Assembly: GCF_040307845.1 (NCBI RefSeq)
Contig: NZ_JAWRIS010000012.1
Coordinates: forward strand, 11,927 to 75,926
Reading direction: 5' to 3'
From: Proteiniphilum sp.
GTDB taxonomy: Bacteria > Bacteroidota > Bacteroidia > Bacteroidales > Dysgonomonadaceae
Length of the DNA: 64,000 nt
Of this stretch, positions 60,034 to 64,000 are shown piece by piece (within the stretch, counting starts at the first letter, position 1; the number at the start of each line of letters is the position of its first letter). Below the pieces are notes generated by a model. It did no database searches and was not told the DNA's origin. It saw only the letters and a program-made list of their open reading frames with translations. The position numbers were made by a program, and so were the translations under genes.

Positions 60034-61518
60034 TTAACGAAATAGTTTTAAAACAGTATCCGCCCCGAGAATTTCAGCACAGGTAAAAAAAGAGGTCATG
60101 GATACTCCCAAAACGCCGTGCACCGAAAGATTTTGCCCCGTCAGGAACAGATTGGGAACAGGTGTTTTGGGTGTAAGGATGGTATAAGGCAATTCATTGT
60201 AATTTTTCCGGATGCCGAAAGCTGAACCTTCAACGGTACCGGTATAATCTCTCCATGTGAGCGGCGTACTCGTATATACGGTCTCGATTGATTCCCTTAA
60301 CCGGGGAATATGCCTCGAAGCAATATCAATGCATTCATCCGCCCGCTTTGCCTTTAAATCAAGATATCCCTGCCCTCTTTTTCCGACAGTGGTATGCTCC
60401 CATTCCCTGAGCTCTTCCCAATGCATAGGACTCAACAAATCGATATGGGTCGCATAGGGACTGCCATTTTCCGGCACGGCAAAACTCACAAAAACATATC
60501 GCTTCTGACCGTTGTCCGGATAATGATGATACGACCATACGTTATCACGTTCATGTATGTGGATGTTCCGGTTCAGGTAAGGAAGCCTGTTCTCTTTCAA
60601 TTCCAGGTGTGCCGTGAAAATGCCGTATGTATTTTCAAGACGGCTGATGCGGTTGCGGAATGAGCTACGGACGAGTTCCTTGTTTTGCAACAGATCGATC
60701 GTGGATGCGGGATGAATGGCTGAAATGAAAATCTTCGCTTCCCCCTCCTCGTCATTGTCGAGCAGCACCGAATTTATTTTCTCTTTACAGTTTTTCAACA
60801 TCGTCACTTCCCGGTTTGTCATTACCGTGCCGCCCATTTTCTGAATGGCATCCGACAACGACTCCGCGATCAACGACCCACCGCCTTTCAACCTCCATGC
60901 GCTCTCAGTGTAAGTTTCGTTGGTTTGGGCGAATATATACAAGGGCAACCGGTCGGGGTGCAACTCCAGCTTCAACGAGTTGCCCGACAGGATGTTTATC
61001 AACAGCGGGTCTTTGATCGTCTCCTTCAAATAGGCGTATGCCGACCGGGAGAATAGCGATTTGAGAAAATCCTCCTCCCGGTGTTCTTTATTCCCGAAAA
61101 CATGGAAAATATTATCTCCCACATTTTTCAAAAAAGAGGCATACTCCTCCAATTCGGCCCTTTGTTCCGGGAAATGGGATGAAAGTGTTTCGACAAAACG
61201 CCCATGGCCGCTTGCCAACAGGAAACTTTTGTCATTTATGATCACTTCGTCATAGCCATTTGCGTCGAGCCGGTACCATGGGAGGGTGCTCAATCCGAAA
61301 TAATCCATCAACCGGCGCAGCGGTTGCCCCTCATCCAATCCCCCCACATAATGGAAACCGGTATCGAAAACGTTTTTTCCTCTCCTGAATGTTTGCAGGC
61401 AGCCGCCCACTTTTTTTCCCTTTTCAATGACACAAACGTCGTATCCTTTTTTACAGAGGATATAGCCGCATTGCAGGCCGCCAAGTCCCCCGCCGATTAT
61501 AATCACATCATGCTTCAT
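60034..61518 (-). CDS. FAD-dependent oxidoreductase, phytoene dehydrogenase / retinol saturase-like
   Basis: 494 aa. 'IIGGGLGGL', 'VGGCLQTF', 'FDTGFHYVGG', 'SPMHW', 'STPLTWRDY', 'NLFLTGQ...GV'. Confidence 0.8.
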   Translation of the reverse strand: MKHDVIIIGGGLGGLQCGYILCKKGYDVCVIEKGKKVGGCLQTFRRGKNVFDTGFHYVGGLDEGQPLRRLMDYFGLSTLPWYRLDANGYDEVIINDKSFLLASGHGRFVETLSSHFPEQRAELEEYASFLKNVGDNIFHVFGNKEHREEDFLKSLFSRSAYAYLKETIKDPLLINILSGNSLKLELHPDRLPLYIFAQTNETYTESAWRLKGGGSLIAESLSDAIQKMGGTVMTNREVTMLKNCKEKINSVLLDNDEEGEAKIFISAIHPASTIDLLQNKELVRSSFRNRISRLENTYGIFTAHLELKENRLPYLNRNIHIHERDNVWSYHHYPDNGQKRYVFVSFAVPENGSPYATHIDLLSPMHWEELREWEHTTVGKRGQGYLDLKAKRADECIDIASRHIPRLRESIETVYTSTPLTWRDYTGTVEGSAFGIRKNYNELPYTILTPKTPVPNLFLTGQNLSVHGVLGVSMTSFFTCAEILGADTVLKLFR

Positions 61519-61521
61519 ACC

Positions 61522-61920
61522 TTATGCTTTCCCCGGCCTTTCCGCCAGTTCCCCTTTCAAGCTCAGGCAAACAAGTTCCTTGTACTTGATGGAGGCCTCT
61601 ATTTGATACATCTTCCCCTGCTTTTCATCAGCCAGAATAGCATCTGTCAATTCTATTCTTATCCGTAGATCCTGTCTGTTTTGCGGGGATATGACCGACA
61701 AAAACCGGCATCTTGATATTTTACGTATCTCCAGAGGAGATCCTATCGACCGGGATGCACAGGCAACGATCATTCCGATGCTGCAAACTCCCGGAGAAAC
61801 GGGCTCCCCCGGAAAATGGCCTCTATATATTTCGGAGTCGGGATTCAATTCCACATCATAGATATCGACATTCTCAATCCCGGACTTCCTGTTAATTGTA
61901 AAATAATTGTCTATCCACAT
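61522..61920 (-). CDS. FabA/FabZ-like hotdog dehydratase
   Basis: 132 aa. 'IYRGHFPGEPVSPGVC'. Confidence 0.78.
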   Translation of the reverse strand: MWIDNYFTINRKSGIENVDIYDVELNPDSEIYRGHFPGEPVSPGVCSIGMIVACASRSIGSPLEIRKISRCRFLSVISPQNRQDLRIRIELTDAILADEKQGKMYQIEASIKYKELVCLSLKGELAERPGKA

Positions 61921-61921
61921 T

Positions 61922-62377
61922 TCAGTTTATAGCGAGTTTCATTTTACATGAAGCAATGGGTTTTGAAACAACGGCCTCCGAGACAACGGGCTCCGAAACA
62001 ACATAACTCTCGGCTCTCACAAGAATAACATCCATCACTTCGGACAGGATTTCTATGATAGTCTCCAGAAAATCTCCTGCCCGGGGATTATCCACCAGTT
62101 CAAAATCCCGTATTTCTCCTATATAGCTGGTTTTTACCTGCTCATTCCTGCCGGCGGCCAAATATCCCAACATTGCAGCCGAGGACTGGGCCATGTGTTC
62201 TATCACACCTTCGGCAGAGAAAATGCCCTCCCGACAAAATATATTGCCCGGCAAAATCTTCAGACCGGTGTAATATTCCGGATCAGCAGGTTTAAAAAAT
62301 GTATCTATCAATATGACAGGTTCCCGCTGACAGATCAAGCTTTTGATTTGTTCTTCACGAAGCAAGATGGCCCTCAT
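61922..62377 (-). CDS. Hotdog-fold dehydratase-like partner (ApeP-like)
   Basis: 151 aa. 'LICQREPVILID', 'GVIEHMAQSSA', 'IGEIRDF'. Confidence 0.7.
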   Translation of the reverse strand: MRAILLREEQIKSLICQREPVILIDTFFKPADPEYYTGLKILPGNIFCREGIFSAEGVIEHMAQSSAAMLGYLAAGRNEQVKTSYIGEIRDFELVDNPRAGDFLETIIEILSEVMDVILVRAESYVVSEPVVSEAVVSKPIASCKMKLAIN

Positions 62378-62618
62378 CGGATTGTTTTTTTAGAAGAAAT
62401 TCGTAAAGATCTTCAAATGTCTTTACCTCTATAATTTCCGGGCCTTTGATTTTATATCCGAATTCGGATTCCAAAAGCGCCACCAGGTCCACTAAGGCCA
62501 GACTGTCCAACTCAAGCGCTTCCCTGAGATTTTCCTGCGGATTAAACAGGGAGGGATCTTTTTCAAATTCTGTAGCCAATGCGACATTCGTTTTCTCAAT
62601 TATTTCCTGTTTCGTCAT
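62355..62618 (-). CDS. Acyl carrier protein
   Basis: 87 aa, acidic; 'LELDSLALVDL' phosphopantetheine Ser motif. Confidence 0.9.
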   Translation of the reverse strand: MTKQEIIEKTNVALATEFEKDPSLFNPQENLREALELDSLALVDLVALLESEFGYKIKGPEIIEVKTFEDLYEFLLKKQSDEGHLAS

Positions 62619-62716
62619 AATTCAATCAATATTAGAGTTTACATCGAATAAGATTTTTGATAGTTGATTATCAGATATCTTATTCCTTCATCAATATAAT
62701 ACAACGTTCATTATAT

Positions 62717-63937
62717 CTATAAATCCCTGATTACCAGAGAGGAGTTAGTTCCCCCAAACCCAAAAGAATTGGAAAGGAAAATATCGAAATGTTTTCCGAT
62801 CCGTTTCGACGGGATATTCAGCAGGGCGGAATCTTCATCCGGATTTTCGAAATTCAGATTGGGAGCAATAAAACCTCCTTTCATCATCAGCATGGAATAG
62901 ATTACCTCGCTTGCGCCGGCCATCCACATTTCATGACCGGTTTGTGATTTGGTGGAGGTCACCTCCGGTTTGTGGTCTCCAAATACCAGATGTAACGCCT
63001 TGGCTTCGTTACGGTCACCGATCAGTGTGGAAGTAGCATGGGCATTTACATATCCTATTTCACGAATATCGATACCCGCCTGCTTTATGGCCATGAGGAG
63101 AGAACGTTGCGGGCCATTCACGTTGGGATTGGAAATATGCTCCCCGTTACCCGAAAAGCCGTATCCGATCACCTCCGCCAGAATCGGCGCTCCACGTTTC
63201 ACGGCCGACTCATAACTCTCCAGGATAACGGTCGCGGCACCGCCACCGGGGACAAGGCCATCCCTGTCCCGGTCGAATGGACGGGAAGCTTTTGCCGGCT
63301 CGTTTTCCCGCACCGAGAATGCGCTGATACCGTCGAAGCTGCACACAGAAAAGGGATTGACTTCCTGCGCCCCGCCACAGATAACACAATCCTGATAACC
63401 ATGCCTGATCAGCAAACTTCCCAGGCCAATGGCATGCGAACCGCTGGCACAAGCACCCGAAACTGTGAGGTTGATGCCTTTCAACCCGAAAATGCAACTT
63501 AAGTTCATGGTTACCGTTGAGTTCATCGACTGAAAGATTCCTCCCGACCCGATACGGGTAGTATCTCTTTTTTCACGAAATATATCCACGCATTTTACGG
63601 TCGGTTCAGCAGAACTGTCATTGCCATACAGCAAACCTATCTCATGGTCGTTTATATAGTCGGGATCCAAAGCGGCGTTCTTCAGTGCCTCGGCGGTTGC
63701 CGCATAAGCGTATTTGGCCTGTTCCGGCATAAAGACACGCTGATTCCGGGATAATTCATTCTTCAATTCGGGAATTTCTATTTGTGCGGTAAGCCCCGAC
63801 CTGAACCCATTTTCTTTGCGCACCGGATCGAAAATTATACCCGAAACACCATTGTATAAAGCATCTCTTACCTCATCGAGATTTTTACCCAGACAAGAAT
63901 AAATTCCCATGCCGGTAATAACGACTCTTTTATCCAT
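62717..63937 (-). CDS. Beta-ketoacyl-ACP synthase (FabB/FabF family)
   Basis: 406 aa. 'VVITGMG', active-site 'SGACASGSHA', 'VNAHATST', 'STKSQTGH', 'SNSFGFGGTN'. Confidence 0.92.
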   Translation of the reverse strand: MDKRVVITGMGIYSCLGKNLDEVRDALYNGVSGIIFDPVRKENGFRSGLTAQIEIPELKNELSRNQRVFMPEQAKYAYAATAEALKNAALDPDYINDHEIGLLYGNDSSAEPTVKCVDIFREKRDTTRIGSGGIFQSMNSTVTMNLSCIFGLKGINLTVSGACASGSHAIGLGSLLIRHGYQDCVICGGAQEVNPFSVCSFDGISAFSVRENEPAKASRPFDRDRDGLVPGGGAATVILESYESAVKRGAPILAEVIGYGFSGNGEHISNPNVNGPQRSLLMAIKQAGIDIREIGYVNAHATSTLIGDRNEAKALHLVFGDHKPEVTSTKSQTGHEMWMAGASEVIYSMLMMKGGFIAPNLNFENPDEDSALLNIPSKRIGKHFDIFLSNSFGFGGTNSSLVIRDL

Positions 63938-63971
63938 ACCAAAAGTTTTTTCGTAAATAGTTTTTGAACTA

Positions 63972-63979
63972 CAAAGCTA
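63972..63979 (-). promoter_or_regulatory. -7 promoter box (TAGCTTTG) for the KAS cassette
   Basis: Exact TAnnTTTG 34 bp upstream of the KAS ATG. Confidence 0.55.
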
Positions 63980-64000
63980 TACTTTTACTGAAGTTTTCCG

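Overview
A Bacteroidota (Bacteroidales, probably Dysgonomonadaceae/Proteiniphilum-like; inferred from gene content and TAnnTTTG promoters, not searched) chromosomal window with four blocks. (1) 1-38.5 kb: two adjoining polysaccharide utilisation loci. A left PUL (SusC, truncated SusD, GH43) is followed by a large arabinan/L-arabinose locus: surface glycan-binding protein, SusC/SusD, GH43 arabinanases, AraR, GH97, three GH51, araDAB, a Na+/sugar symporter, a GH146/127-GH43 fusion and GH35. (2) 38.5-50.8 kb: aconitase-IDH-citrate synthase-IDH operon divergent from rseC-rnfBCDGEA. (3) 50.9-58 kb: a DUF6600-like lipoprotein, aguB/aguA and lpxA-lpxC/fabZ-lpxD. (4) 58.3-64 kb: a compact accessory type II FAS/PKS-like cassette ending in an LpxL-like acyltransferase. 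No rRNA, tRNA, CRISPR array or intact transposase was seen. The most unusual signals lie outside the ORF track. They are: three copies of a ~160-bp nested-palindrome element that punctuate the arabinose operon; two distinct 21-bp-period direct-repeat operator families, each at a fixed distance from a -7 promoter box, with no cognate regulator in the window; a Cur/AraR/-7 stack; an unannotated 43-aa orphan resembling the C-terminus of Rpn (PD-(D/E)XK) nucleases; and many 7/8-mer tandem arrays abutting start codons. Among the proteins, the stand-outs are an NAD-type plus NADP-type IDH pair in one operon and a duplicated Trp-rich module in the surface glycan-binding protein. All functional calls come from motif recognition by eye; no database searches were run.
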